Below, piece by piece: positions 1-11,454 of a stretch of 64,000 nucleotides of DNA. The stretch spans positions 64,108,001 through 64,172,000 of the forward strand of contig CM060732.1 in assembly GCA_030704615.1 (NCBI GenBank), written 5' to 3'. The notes beneath the pieces are model-generated. The model saw only the letters and a program-made list of their open reading frames with translations, was not told the origin of the DNA and did not search any database. The number at the start of each line of letters is the position of its first letter. Position 1 is the first letter of the stretch. The position numbers were made by a program, and so were the translations under genes. The DNA comes from Takakia lepidozioides. Taxonomy: Eukaryota > Plantae > Bryophyta.

Positions 1-18
1 AACGTTGCTTCGAACGCA

Positions 19-1498
19 GTGTCAGGGGGTTCCTCAGGAAGTGGGCGTAAAGGTAGGAAGCGTAAACATGCACATGAACGGGATAGTCAGGTCAACAAAA
101 AAGACTATCCAAGCGCAGAGGCCGCGAAGGAGGTGAAGCAAGTAGTGCTGGATTATTTGAAGGACAATGACATAATGCGTTTGAATCTTTTGTATGTCCG
201 ACATGGGAATGAGGGGTTCCTTAGATTCCAGCACAATATGGAGATGAGAATGAGGGAGGTTTTGGCCGGGGATGAATGGGAAGAGGACAGGACGAAGTTC
301 TGGTTTATGAAATGGATGGAGGACTGGGCCCATGATGCCACATGGAATCTGAGGCAAACCATGGACAAGTTTGTTACGAGAACACCTGTAGCTGAACGTC
401 GCATGCCAACTTCGGAGGAGGAGTTGTTTGTGCTTGTGGATTGGTGGTCTGACATAGCAAAGGCCCACGCCAAATGACGTACAAAACCACTCCTATGGAA
501 GGCAGGGTCCTCGTCCGCGGATGCGGCATTGAACGTGAGATACATATCCACAAACGCACATGTACAACAACTCGACGCGCCCAAACAGGAGGGTATGATA
601 CAATTCGGAGGGTTAGAATTGTTGGGGATCAATTCATTCCTCCATCTTGGGAGCTAGCAGGGAAAACGCCCAGGGAAACAAATGCTGAACTTGCCAAAGT
701 CCAACATAACAATGAGGCGTTGGCTATAAAGTTCCATCATTTCGGCATCATAAAGTATTTTACGTTGCATCCATGTCAAAATGAAGGTTATACACATTAG
801 TAGAATGGGGGGACCATACGATCATGGTTGAGTATTGACAGGAAATGGGGAAATGATCGGGATAACAGGGAGTTAATGGAATGACGGGGGACGGAGCAGG
901 AAATGCAGGAGATCAACCGACTGGTTCGATTCCGAGAGAATCACACCCAATTGGCATGGGCGCTTTTGCACATCATGCTCAACGTCCATAATCACCACCT
1001 CTTGCACAACGACATGTCCCCTGACAACATCTTGTTGCATTTTCCACAAGGGTTTGAAGATGTGTACATCGGGGTATGCGATTGGGGGATGGCCTTCACG
1101 ACGGATGACCCAAAAACCACGTTGTACATTTTTTAGAGCAGAGACAAGATAATAAAGGCTCTCGCACATAGATGGTGGATTGCACCTGAAATTGCAATTG
1201 TTCATAATGTAGCCAACAACCAGTCAGGTGGCACACCTCGTAGGCCCCCTCTAACCGTGTCATCAGAGACATTTGCGATTCGGAAGATAGCCCAGGCAAT
1301 AAATGGGGGTAACACGTTCGATGCAAGCTTGTTCAACGATATGTCTACTGGAACCTGTTTTGCTTCCGCTCTGTAAAACTTGTATGTAGACACAGTAGAG
1401 TTGCGGTACAAACTAGAAAACGTTGTGAAGCGTTTCATGACAAGGCCATTCAATTGGCCTGAGCCCAAAAATTGCTAGAGGATGGATATAAACTTGTA
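19..1498 (+). pseudogene. Intronless protein kinase pseudogene (copy 1; paralog of 37431-38861)
   Basis: ORF fragments 19-477, 474-800 and 903-1136 plus downstream sequence carry kinase motifs: GGYDTI (Gly loop), ELAGK, LHNDMSPDNILL (catalytic loop), CDWG and WWIAPE. The N-terminus RKRKHAHERDSQVNKKDYP matches the 38861 copy. Several in-frame stops and frameshifts. Confidence 0.85.
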
Positions 1499-1602
1499 GA
1501 CCTTTGACTGTACATCATGTTTGAATAAATGTTGTTTTCAATTGTGTTTGTCTCGTACCATAATGTTTTAATGGTTTGTTACTTGGCCATGGCACCTGGG
1601 TC

Positions 1603-1705
1603 GGGGGCTGCTATTTCATGAGCCATGAGCCATGAGCGGCATGAGCCATGAGCAGAGTCGTAAGTATGGAAAAAAACATGAGCAGCACTATTTTCCGGAA
1701 ATGAG
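1603..1705 (+). repeat. Left imperfect TIR of the MULE (CATGAGC multimers)
   Basis: Reverse complement of 16200-16326 aligns: CTATTTCATGAGC, CATGAGC repeats, then ...CATGAGC...GGAAATG. Confidence 0.75.
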
Positions 1706-2326
1706 TGTCCGCGGGAATAGGGTTTAGGGTGCCACGGTCATAGGGGGAGAAGGACCTCCCGATGAAGGAGGTACGGCAATGTTATTTAGAATTATATATT
1801 GAAAGGCAATGTTTCGCGAATGGTAGGGTGGTATTGCTCTGTACAATGGGGGCCCATTTCAGCCTACCAGCCATTTGCAAAATTCACCCACACTCCCAAT
1901 CCCAAACGAAATGAGCAATGACGCATTCTCGGAACAATGGACACAGAATAGAATAAAAAGAGGGCACAATGAGGTTTTTATTGATCCACATGAATTGCAT
2001 TTGAAGCACGTCTACTGTGCTGATTGTGCCCTCAAATCTTGAGCCCTGTGCCTACTGAATACAAGTCACGTTGTCAATGGGACTTCGACTGCTCTCAGAA
2101 CTAGCTCATGAGTCCTGGGGCTCCTCCATGTAAAGTCGATTGCAGCCGTTGTACCGCCCCTAGTGATGTTCACCACAATGTCCTGCCCTTCAATCATACC
2201 ACCATCGAATATGGAAATCTTCACGTTTTTGTCGTCCACACCAATGCGAATGTCCCCATACAATGGAGAAGAGGAGCGCACTCCTCGAGGAGAATAGGTC
2301 TCTCCGATTGAGTCCACCCACGTCCA

Positions 2327-2842
2327 GTGGCAGCAGTTCCACCGCAACAGCATAGCAGTGCGCCTTCTTCTGCATGGGTGACCGTCGTAGCTGGGAAAAT
2401 CGGAATCGAGGATGCGCAGGAGCCACGGACTCCTCAAACCAAGATCGTCACCCCGCTCGAAGGCGTAGTGGCCTACGATATACTCAAAAGCCACCAATGT
2501 TTCCACAATCGAACCAGTATCTTCTGTGTAATCTGTGTACCAGATAACAATGTCTCCCGATGTGGCCGAATACATTGCATAATCGATGCCTCCAAAGGGG
2601 CAGTCGTCCCGGTTCCGGAAGCACGGCATCCTTGCAATGGAGGACCTGAGGACGACTTGGATGCCGATGACCTTGCGGACAGCTACGAAGCCCTTAGATT
2701 TTGGAAAAGATACGAAGCGGAAGAGCAGTCCGGCCTCCAAAATGGAGCATCTGGGTCACACGTACCCACCGACGGAGGTGGAACGTGTTCATCACGCCAG
2801 CGGTGGATGAAGCCATACATCTTTCTCATCAACAAGTTATAG
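2327..2842 (+). CDS. Possible third, unknown ORF inside the MULE (overlapping 224-aa ORF 2066-2740 on the - strand is an alternative)
   Basis: GC-rich, coding-like segment with a 171-aa ORF (Cys/His cluster, acidic DDLDADDLADSYEAL stretch). No recognisable domain and the strand is ambiguous. Confidence 0.25.
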   Translation: MAAVPPQQHSSAPSSAWVTVVAGKIGIEDAQEPRTPQTKIVTPLEGVVAYDILKSHQCFHNRTSIFCVICVPDNNVSRCGRIHCIIDASKGAVVPVPEARHPCNGGPEDDLDADDLADSYEALRFWKRYEAEEQSGLQNGASGSHVPTDGGGTCSSRQRWMKPYIFLINKL

Positions 2843-3256
2843 TTTGAGATCTGCCACCGAAATCCATCCCCCCGGATGAAAATTCGGCGCCGCATTAACA
2901 TCGAAGAGGGGATGGACTTCGTCGTGTCCAGTGGCTATCGGCCCACCTGGCAGTGACTGCCCATAGTTTGCATGGCAGGGTAGGAAACTGAAACGGCTAC
3001 ATTCATGCAGCAGCCAATCTTCATCGGTCCAGGATCCTGTACGGAGGAAATTTAAATGTGCCCTGGAGTGTGCCCTGGAATGTACCTCACTTCTGTATAA
3101 CTGTGTTTCATTGTGTTGAATAACTCTCGGATTTGGCCCACTGTTTACAATTTGATGTCTCATTTCTACAATTTGTCTGTCTGGTTGAATAAAGCAGAGT
3201 AACCGGTATGTGAGTCATGTGTCAAGAATATACCAGAGTAACGCCATGTCGGACAT

Positions 3257-4056
3257 TGAAATGCGGCACCGCATTTCCATGTCGGCATCGAAATGCGGCG
3301 CCGCATTTCCAAGTCGGGATCGAAATGCGGCACCGCATTTCCATGTCGGACATCGAAATGCGGCACCGCATTTCCATGTGGGACAAGAAAATGCGGTGCA
3401 TCATTTCCGTCCAGGTACACGAAATACCAACACGGGTCTATAAATTGATCAGAAAACGAGGTTGGCATTGCAAATGCGGCGACGCATTTCCAGCTTGGCA
3501 ATGGAAACTTCTTTTTGGACAAGGGAATGCGGTGCCGCATTTCCGTCCAACACTTCGAAAAGTGCACCTATTTCCGACCAGCGCGATGGAATGCGTTACC
3601 GCATTTCCGAGAGAGGGTCTGCAAATTGACAAATTGCGATGTCCGTTCTAGAAATGCGGCGCCGCATTTCCATGTCCGTCATCGACTTTTTTTTTACAAT
3701 GGAATGCGGTGCCAGTTTTTGTTGATGGGTCTGCAGTTCGAACAACCACCATCCCCAATATGGAAATGCGGCACCGCATTTCCAATCCCGCCATGTCGGC
3801 CTCCTTGTTCGACCTCCTTGTTCGACCTCTGTAAGCGTGGTGGCATCCATGCAATGAGCGGGAGAGGCCAAAACTGGCGTGTGGACAAAGGAAATTTTGG
3901 AAATGCGGCACCGCATTCCCAATTCAGATTACTTTTTACTATGCCAACATTGAAATGGAAAAATTAGTCCCTCCCCTGTTTTGGAAATGCGGTGCCGCAT
4001 TTCCAAAAGAGGTTCTTAGAGTTGCCAAAATTTTGGAAATGCCCTGTCCCATTTCT
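3257..4056. repeat. Palindrome array L: ~14 copies of (G)GAAATGCGG-YR-CCGCATTTCC
   Basis: Unit starts at about 3257, 3289, 3321, 3354, 3387, 3470, 3523, 3587, 3650, 3700, 3762, 3899, 3983 and 4035. Confidence 0.95.
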
Positions 4057-4192
4057 GATTTTGGGAGCGTCCTGGTTTGGGCGATTGTGTGGCTGGAATG
4101 CACACTGGAGAGGGGTCACGAATGTCGGGCAGAATTTTCTTTATATACTCTGGAAGAGAATTTACATTTACAGAGACTTCATTAAAATTCTA

Positions 4193-7100
4193 TTAATCTT
4201 GAAAATCATCGGAATCCTCATCCTGTTCTAGACTGTCCTGCTCCTCCTCCACCCCCTCAGTGCCTCTCTCATCTCCAGCGGACTGCTCGTTGGCCAGGCT
4301 TTCAAAAATCCCATCTTCCCCTTGCGGAACTGTCCATCTCACCTCCGTTGGGTCGTCCTCCTCCCTGTCTGCGTCGCTCTCATCCGCTGAATCACATATG
4401 TACTTTCGTACCCGTCTACCTGTCTGAGCTGCTGCCAACTCTTTCCTTATCCTTCTGTCCTCCCTAGCCCTCTCCAAAATCTGCTCTACTTTACTGGGAT
4501 TCTCACTTCTTCTAATCGCTGTATTTGCGAGTTTAGCTGCATAACTAGGAAGGGAGTAGTCCCTCACCGGGCTCGTCATGAAGTCGGCCCTCGCAAAGAA
4601 CGGGACATTCTTCCTGGCAGGAAGTGTAGGCCCTACATGCTTCGACCCGGACCCTGCAATCCTGCACATGACAATCATCAACGAGACTAATGAGAACCAC
4701 AGTCGGGAAATTCCTTTGACATAAATGACCCAGAAGGCTTTGCAAACTTACAATGTTTGCACTCACTCGTATTCCGGGTTCTCCTCTGCATCAATGTCCA
4801 CTGTGTCTTCCTCGGACTCCGACGAATCCGAGGAGACTTCCGCTCTGTCGGGAGCCTTCACATTCCGTTGCAGCCCCTCCAGATGGGATCCCCACACGGA
4901 TGAATCCTCCTCGTAGGCAAAGAGGTGCCGGTCGGAAAACCGCCCAGCCCACATTGAGGCACCTGTTACAATGCCATCCACACATTACCACATGGCGCTT
5001 CAGATGTTGCGAACTACATCCTAACGAGAATTTGCAGAACAGCAGAGATCAAGATTCTGCATACCTGTCCCACAGATGAGGTCCAGCACTGTGCCCTCCA
5101 CGTCTGTGCATGTCTCCATAATTGTCTGAATGAAGGCAGGGCTCCGAGTCCGTGAGTACCGCAGGGGTTCCGTTGAAGTGAGGCTATGAGGGAGAAGTTC
5201 CTTGGGAACGTTGTTGAACAGAACGTCGTAATCGAGTGGGTCGCAGTTCGGGTCAACCTTTCCTCCCTCCTTCCGGAAAGCAAAGGTGGAGTTTTCCTTC
5301 ACAAAGCAGTATGCATCGAACTGCTTCGTCTGCATACACAGGGGGAAAACGATTAGAAACCGAATGCGGCACCGCATTTGAAAGCACCCAAGCAAATCAA
5401 TGGACGAGTGCCAGTGTCGTAATCACCTTCTTCCCTTCCGACCGAAGGCCCAGTGTGTTGATGCACGTCCACTTCTTTTTCAGAATCGGGACGGCGCTCT
5501 TGCGGGTCCACTTCGCAATTCCTGTCTGAGTGTTTTTTCCTCTGCTCGCCAGGACAACCACACAGCCTCTGTCGTCCAACACCATGCGGGCAAGCCCGAA
5601 TCCTTTCTTCCAAAAGTCCTCCGAGTACCTGTTCCAAGATGGCAAAGCTTGCAGTCCTTCCACAGGCTCTCCGTCCGGAATATCCAAGATGATCATATCG
5701 CAAGACCACTCGGTGGCATTTCCGCCCCTCCTACAATCCTTGTCTGCACACACCCTCTCAAAGAACGAGACCATATTCTGAAATCCTGGGGTGTCGGAAG
5801 GCTCTTCGGCAGTCGCCTTCTTCAGTGCTCTGCCCTTCAGACCCTCCATGGTCTTCGTGTATGCTAACTTGGCTGCCCGTCCATCCAAAGCCGCCAAGAA
5901 ACTCTCATTTACACACTGGACTACAGTTTCGGGAGCCACTTTCGGCCTCTTCATTTCCACCGGCTCGAAAGGGTGCCCCCCTGGGGGGTTGAAGAGTGCC
6001 TTCTTTGCCGAGCCAGTTCTCGTGCCTCTCGTGACAACGGTGGGCACAGGGGAGGCAGCCTGCGTTTGGGGGGTGGGCTGGTTGCAAAGTCTCCATCGGA
6101 GTCCTCTTCCTCACCCTCTTCCTGAACAGGCTGTTTCTGCTTCTTCGTTTTGGCGGGTGTCACAACAGCTGCTCCTTGCTGGCGAGTCCTCTTCTTCGAC
6201 CCCTTCTGTTGGGCCTGCACAGCTGCATCCACCGTCTTTTGTGCCATCTCAGCTGCCTTTCTGGATTCTTCCAGAGCAGCAGATTCCTTTGCCGACTTTG
6301 GCCCAGCAGGGACACGTCTTTCCTTTCTCTTCTCTTCTGCCAAGGCGTGCAGATCTTTCTCAGACTCGTCAACAATACCGCCAGACATGTCCAGGTACCA
6401 CGGGCATCCAACGAGATGCGCGGGATGCCATTGTTTCTGCATCTCGGGTGTGTAGACACAGCTTGGGCCCGCCACGGTCCAAGCCATGAAGAACGGGGGC
6501 TCTTGAGCCAGGGCCCCTGTCTGAAGGAGCACGTATTTCATATACCTGCAAGGCAGTCAGCATGCGTGAGCAAAACTTGAGACCAACCTACTGGCAGAGT
6601 GCCACCAAAAACATAAAATGCGAATGCGGTGCCGCATTTCCGAGACAAACCTCGTAACCAGGCTTCGCATACAAGGGCAGCTGTGCTTCACCTGTAAACA
6701 ATTCGCATTGCAGCTTTCCCCGCTCCCTCCTGATGTGTAAACTCCACGCTCCTTCTTGCTGTCTGTAGCTCTCTGGCGAAAAGGTTGTCCTTGTACGCAC
6801 ATCTGAAACGTGTCACGTAGTCTTCCAATGTCTGTGTTCCATCCCATTTGACGTACAAGCCGAACGAATTTGTGTGCATTACGACTTGCTCCTTTGCATT
6901 CGACATTACCTGCCATTCCCAAATGCATTGTCACGTAGCAGTTCAGGGAATTCATGTCAGAAAAGCAAATCTGGGGAAGTACCTTGAATTACCTGGAACC
7001 ACCAAGTCATGCGGTTGAGCCACACATCCACTGCAGGGTCGGAAACTTCCAGTGGAAAAGACCACATTGTCCTTATGCTCTCGGATGCATTCCAGATCGA

Positions 7101-9316
7101 CAGCCACCGTGTCTGCCATTTCCGATCCAATGTCAGTGGCTGGAAGAGAGTGGCTATTGCTAGGAAGGAAATTCAGTGCATTGAAACCTCACCTTCTCTT
7201 TCGCCTCCACACATGCCGTTGAGAGGTGATGCAGTTTCTCCAATTGCATGGTCGGCTGCATGGCCCGAGAATAGTGTTTTGCAATCTCGGGGATGAAGTC
7301 CTTTCCAAGTGCCGGATCTGCAATTGCCACCAGCTTCACAAGCTTTGACTTGTATTTGGTTCTGGACTTGACACCGGCTTCCTTCAAGTGCTCAGTCAAT
7401 GACTGCAACGTTTTGACCTGCCCCTCACTTTCCATGAAGAAGCGTTTGGCATGGGCCAAATCCAGCTTGATGTTTGACTGCCAACAAAAACATGCAGAAG
7501 CGTTACATTCGATTCATGTGGAAACATTACTGGAAATTGGGGAAGGATGAGCAGAGGGAAATTGGAGCACGACTTACTTCGTATATCACCTCCACCATTC
7601 CATCCATAGTGAGACGATACCATGTCCGGTCTGTTTTTGCAACGGCTTTCTGAATGAGCTCCGGCTCCAGCATTTCCGCAAACATCTGCGGATCAGTAAG
7701 ACCAGTTTTCCTCACCCTGTACAGCATATGTGCCATGTGGGTATGCACGTACGCATTCTCAGTGACCCTGCAAGGCACACTCTCCAGTTCAGTACACGGA
7801 AGCACGGAATCAAACCAGAATGGAAACCGAAATGCGGCACCGCATTTCGAATGTGCTAGGGAGGGTATGAGTATCTTACGAGTTGAGGTCCGCCATGGCA
7901 TTCTTGAGGAGGGAGGAGTCTGCCGCCTTCACCTTGAGGATGACACACTCCACCATGTAATGCCAGCCAATGTGCTTGGCATGGTTCTGCTTGATGTACT
8001 CCCACCAGGCGAGAAGTCGGTGATTCCCGTCCCACACAAAGAACATTTTTCCCGACATATGGCCGAAGTCGGGATCACCCTTCAGCGTCGCCTCGAATTC
8101 GTGGTTGCGAGTGTGCCAGTGGGTATCCCACGTTGACAATTCATCGGCAGTGGGTCCACGGGTTTCGCCGTCCTCATTCTCTATGGAAACGTAAAACGCT
8201 GCCGATCCCAGACGGTACCCTTCTCGAAATGCGAACTTGAGCTTATCCACATCTCCGGGAAGGGCCTGCCTGACGATGGGAAGGGAGACCATGCGACAGA
8301 GTGGGATTCGAAGAGTCCGCTGGAATACCCTGCTGCCCAGAACTCTGCCAATGCTACTGTGTGTCTCCTCCAACATTTTATCCGCTGCACTTTTGAAATC
8401 CTCCGGAGACATGTCTGTAGGTGCAGGTAGTGGCTGAGCAGGTGGAGCATCCTCAACTGGAGCTGCACTCTGGGGCCTGTGTGCGGGCAATTCTGCCACT
8501 GCAGAGGCCTCCTCCGGGCCTGCTAGCTCATCGGTGGTGAGGTCTGCCTGCGAACGTTCAGCGGCAGCACCCTCCTCCGGTACCAAATCGAGATCAACGG
8601 TCGATCCCATTGCCTTCGCTGCAGCAGAGTCGGCCCCAACATCTGCAGGCGGGAAATCCTCCAGGAACTGAGCTTCAGCTCGTGGAAGCGGTTTTGCGGG
8701 AGATTGTTCGCCCGTCGCCCTGATTGCCTTCTGCTTCCTCATCCTTGCAGGTGAAGGTGTCTGCTGCAATAGAATCTGTCTTCTACCCTGCTGCTTCATT
8801 CGCGTTGGGGGGGGTGAATCGGCCTGAGCCGGTTCAGAAGCCAGTAGAGGGACGGGCTGCTTCTTCTTCGACTTTGCTGGAGAAGGGCCCGACCCGTGCT
8901 GGCGATTCTCCATGATCGAAGAACGCGAGTCGATCTCTGAGACTTTGAACTTGCCCTTCGAAGACGCGTCTTTGAATCGCAGAGGGCTAGGCCCGGCAGG
9001 AGTACCCGCGCTCGGGGATCGGGTGGGTGTACGTGCTGCAGCTAGCTCCTCGGACTCTTCCAGCGGCTCTTCGGATTCCTGCGATCCCTCTAGCACGTCC
9101 ACCTTTCCTGTTAGGCATGCAAACATGTTCTGCATTCAAGTCTCCTAGCATTCAGTCTAAGAATTACAGAAGCAAAATGGGGGGTTCGGTGCTCGATCAG
9201 CTGCGCGCAGCCCGATCGCATGGAGCTCTCACTGGTGGCTGGGTTGCCTGAGTGGCCTGCTGCTCGGAGATGGCAATCTCCTCCTGTAGACGCATCTGCT
9301 TCCTCCCCTTCGGCAT
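4193..9316 (-). CDS. Multi-exon gene (~1400 aa): low-complexity N-terminus, ParB/Srx-like domain, and beta-class N4C/N6A DNA methyltransferase-like domain
   Basis: Phase-consistent GT-AG exons at about 9316-9233, 9129-7880, 7767-7578, 7477-7193, 7139-6993, 6909-6692, 6545-5427 (one 1-nt frameshift near 6050-6075), 5329-5065, 4962-4767 and 4661-4193. Exon 1 and the short 7192-7140 intron are less certain. ParB-like motif FFVWDGNHRLLAW. MTase motifs in beta order: CDMIILDIPDG (DPPY position), ARMVLDDRGCVVV, then RSPAFIQTIMETCTDVEGTVLDLICGT|GASMWAGRFSDRHLFAYEED, which is joined across an intron. Confidence 0.8.
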
Positions 9317-9698
9317 TGGCCTACGTCCGAAGTATAATTTCCGGAGCTTGCGACGAGGTCTCCTGTCTGGTGCACGAACTCCCCCCCTCTCAGGTTCGAG
9401 CATAAGAAGAACAGAGAGAGGGAAAAGGGGCAAAGAGTGCAGATGGAAAGGGCGCGAGAGGGGTGACTGAGGAGACACGACAAAAGTAGATGAAACGGCG
9501 GTGATGCACCACTTGGGTTCGAAAGGTTGGACGAAAGTGTCTCCTCGTGGACTTTGCGTCATTACGAAATTCGAATCGTTGAGGGTACGCCCGCCGTCCG
9601 AAAATCAAACATCATTATCCAACGGTCAGGCCGCGCCGCCTCATGCCCCTTCAGTCAGATAGAGTGCCGACATGTGCAGCAATTCCGTTGCTCCACGT

Positions 9699-11454
9699 GT
9701 TCACATTTCAAGGCATTTCCGTCCCAGCGTCTGATGAGTTGGAGCGAGAATGCGAATGCGGCGCCGCATTTCCGTTAAGTACGATCACTCTGCTACACAT
9801 CCGTACTTGTTGGAAGAAAATGCGGCACCGCATTTCCGTTCCACCTTCACATACCTTAGTTGTTGAACGGAAATACGGTGCCGCATTTCCGTCCCACAGC
9901 TCCAAGTATGAGATTCAGAAGGGAAATGCGGCGCCGCATTTCCGTTCCCACTTCACATACGTTAGTTGATGAATGGAAATGCCGTGCCACATTTCCGTTC
10001 GGGAAAGTATAGAGGTCTCACCTGGACAGAAATGCGGTGTCGCATTTCCGGTCTGGAAAGGTTGAAGGTCTCACATGGATGGAAATGCGGCAACACATTT
10101 CCGTAGCACAGCTCCAGGCCGAATATACAAAACGGAATGCGGCGCCGCATTTCCGTTCGAGAATGTCGGAAGGTGCGACTCGAACGGAAATGCGGTGCCG
10201 CATTTCTGTACCCGTTGCGCACGATTTTCAGTCAGAATGGAAATGCGGTACCGCATTTCCGTTCTGTAGAGTATTAACGTCTGACGCTGGCGGAAATGCC
10301 TTCCCGCATTTTCGTTCCACAGCTCCATGCCTCACATACAAAACGGAAATGCGGTGCCGCATTTCCGTTTTGGAATGTCGGATGGTGGGACTCCGACGGA
10401 AATGCGGTACCGCATTTCAATTCCGATGTTTCAGGATATTTCATCAGAACGGAAATGCGGTGCCGCATTTCCCTTTTAAATCTAATACATTCCGTTCTGG
10501 AATGTTGGGAGGTGCGACTCGGATGGAAATGCGCTGCCGCATTTCAGTTCCGATGGTTCACGATTTTCAGTCAGAACGGAAATGCGGTGCCGCATTTCCG
10601 TTCTGGCCTGATGGTAGGTGCGACTCGGATGGAAATACGTTGCCGCATTTCAGTTCCGATGGTTCACGATTTTCAGTCAGAACGGAAATGCGGTGCCGCA
10701 TTTCCGTTCTGGAATGATGGTAGGTGCGACTCGGATGGAAATACGGTGCCGCATTTCAGTTCAGATAGTTCACGATTTTCAGTCAGAACGGAAATGCGGT
10801 GCCGCATTTCCGTTCTGGATAGTGTGAATGTCTCAACCGGTCGGAATTGCGCTGTATGAAGCTGTCGGAATCTTACTCGGCTCCAGGCATCAGATACAAA
10901 ATGGAAATGCGGCGCCGCATTTCCTTTATGGAATGTCGAAAAGTGCGACTTTGACGGAAATGCGGTGCCGCATTTCTGTTCCCGTTGTTCATAATTCTCA
11001 ATCAGAACGGAAATGCGGTACCGCATTTCCGTTCCACCTTCACATACCGTGCTTGTTGAATGAAAATGCGGTACCGCATTTCCGTTCTCGAGAGTATGAA
11101 TGTCTTTTAAGGACGGAAATGTGCTGCAGCATTTCTATCCCTCAGCTCCATGCATCAGATACAAAATGGAAATGCGGCGCCGCATTCCCGTTCTGGAATG
11201 TCGAAAAGTGCGACTCGGACGGAAATGCGGTGCCGCATTTCTGTTCCCGTTGTTCATAAATCTCAATCAGAACGGAAATGCGGTACCGCATTTCCGTTCC
11301 ACCTTCACATACCGTGCTTGCTGGATGGAAATGCGTTACCGCATTTCCGTTCTGGAGAGTATAAAGGTTTCCCCCGGACGGAAACTCGGTGCCGCATTTC
11401 CGTCGCTCTGTTGCATGACCAAGATGCAATACGGAAATGCGGCGCCGTATTTCC
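9699..11454. repeat. Palindrome array R: ~33 units with a 53-bp period and higher-order (2x53, 5x53) structure
   Basis: Unit starts 9752, 9816, 9869, 9922, 9975, 10028, 10081, 10134, 10186, 10239, 10292, 10345, 10398, 10451, 10525, 10578, 10631, 10684, 10737, 10790, (10843), 10903, 10956, 11009, 11062, 11115, 11168, 11221, 11274, 11327, 11380, 11433, plus a half site at about 9699. The palindrome often extends to AACGGAAATGCGG-YR-CCGCATTTCCGTT. Confidence 0.97.

Noticed and set aside
1718-1730. Telomeric repeat tract
   Set aside because: Fewer than two full TTTAGGG units; at most a telo-box.
4193-9316. Bacterial or phage contamination as the source of the ParB-MTase
   Set aside because: The gene has multiple phase-consistent GT-AG introns and lies inside a eukaryotic MULE.
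9699-11454. CRISPR array (palindromic ~28-bp repeats with constant-length ~25-bp spacers)
   Set aside because: The spacers are paralogous and recur in higher-order patterns, the repeats are fully palindromic and degenerate, there are no cas genes, and the context is eukaryotic with spliceosomal introns.
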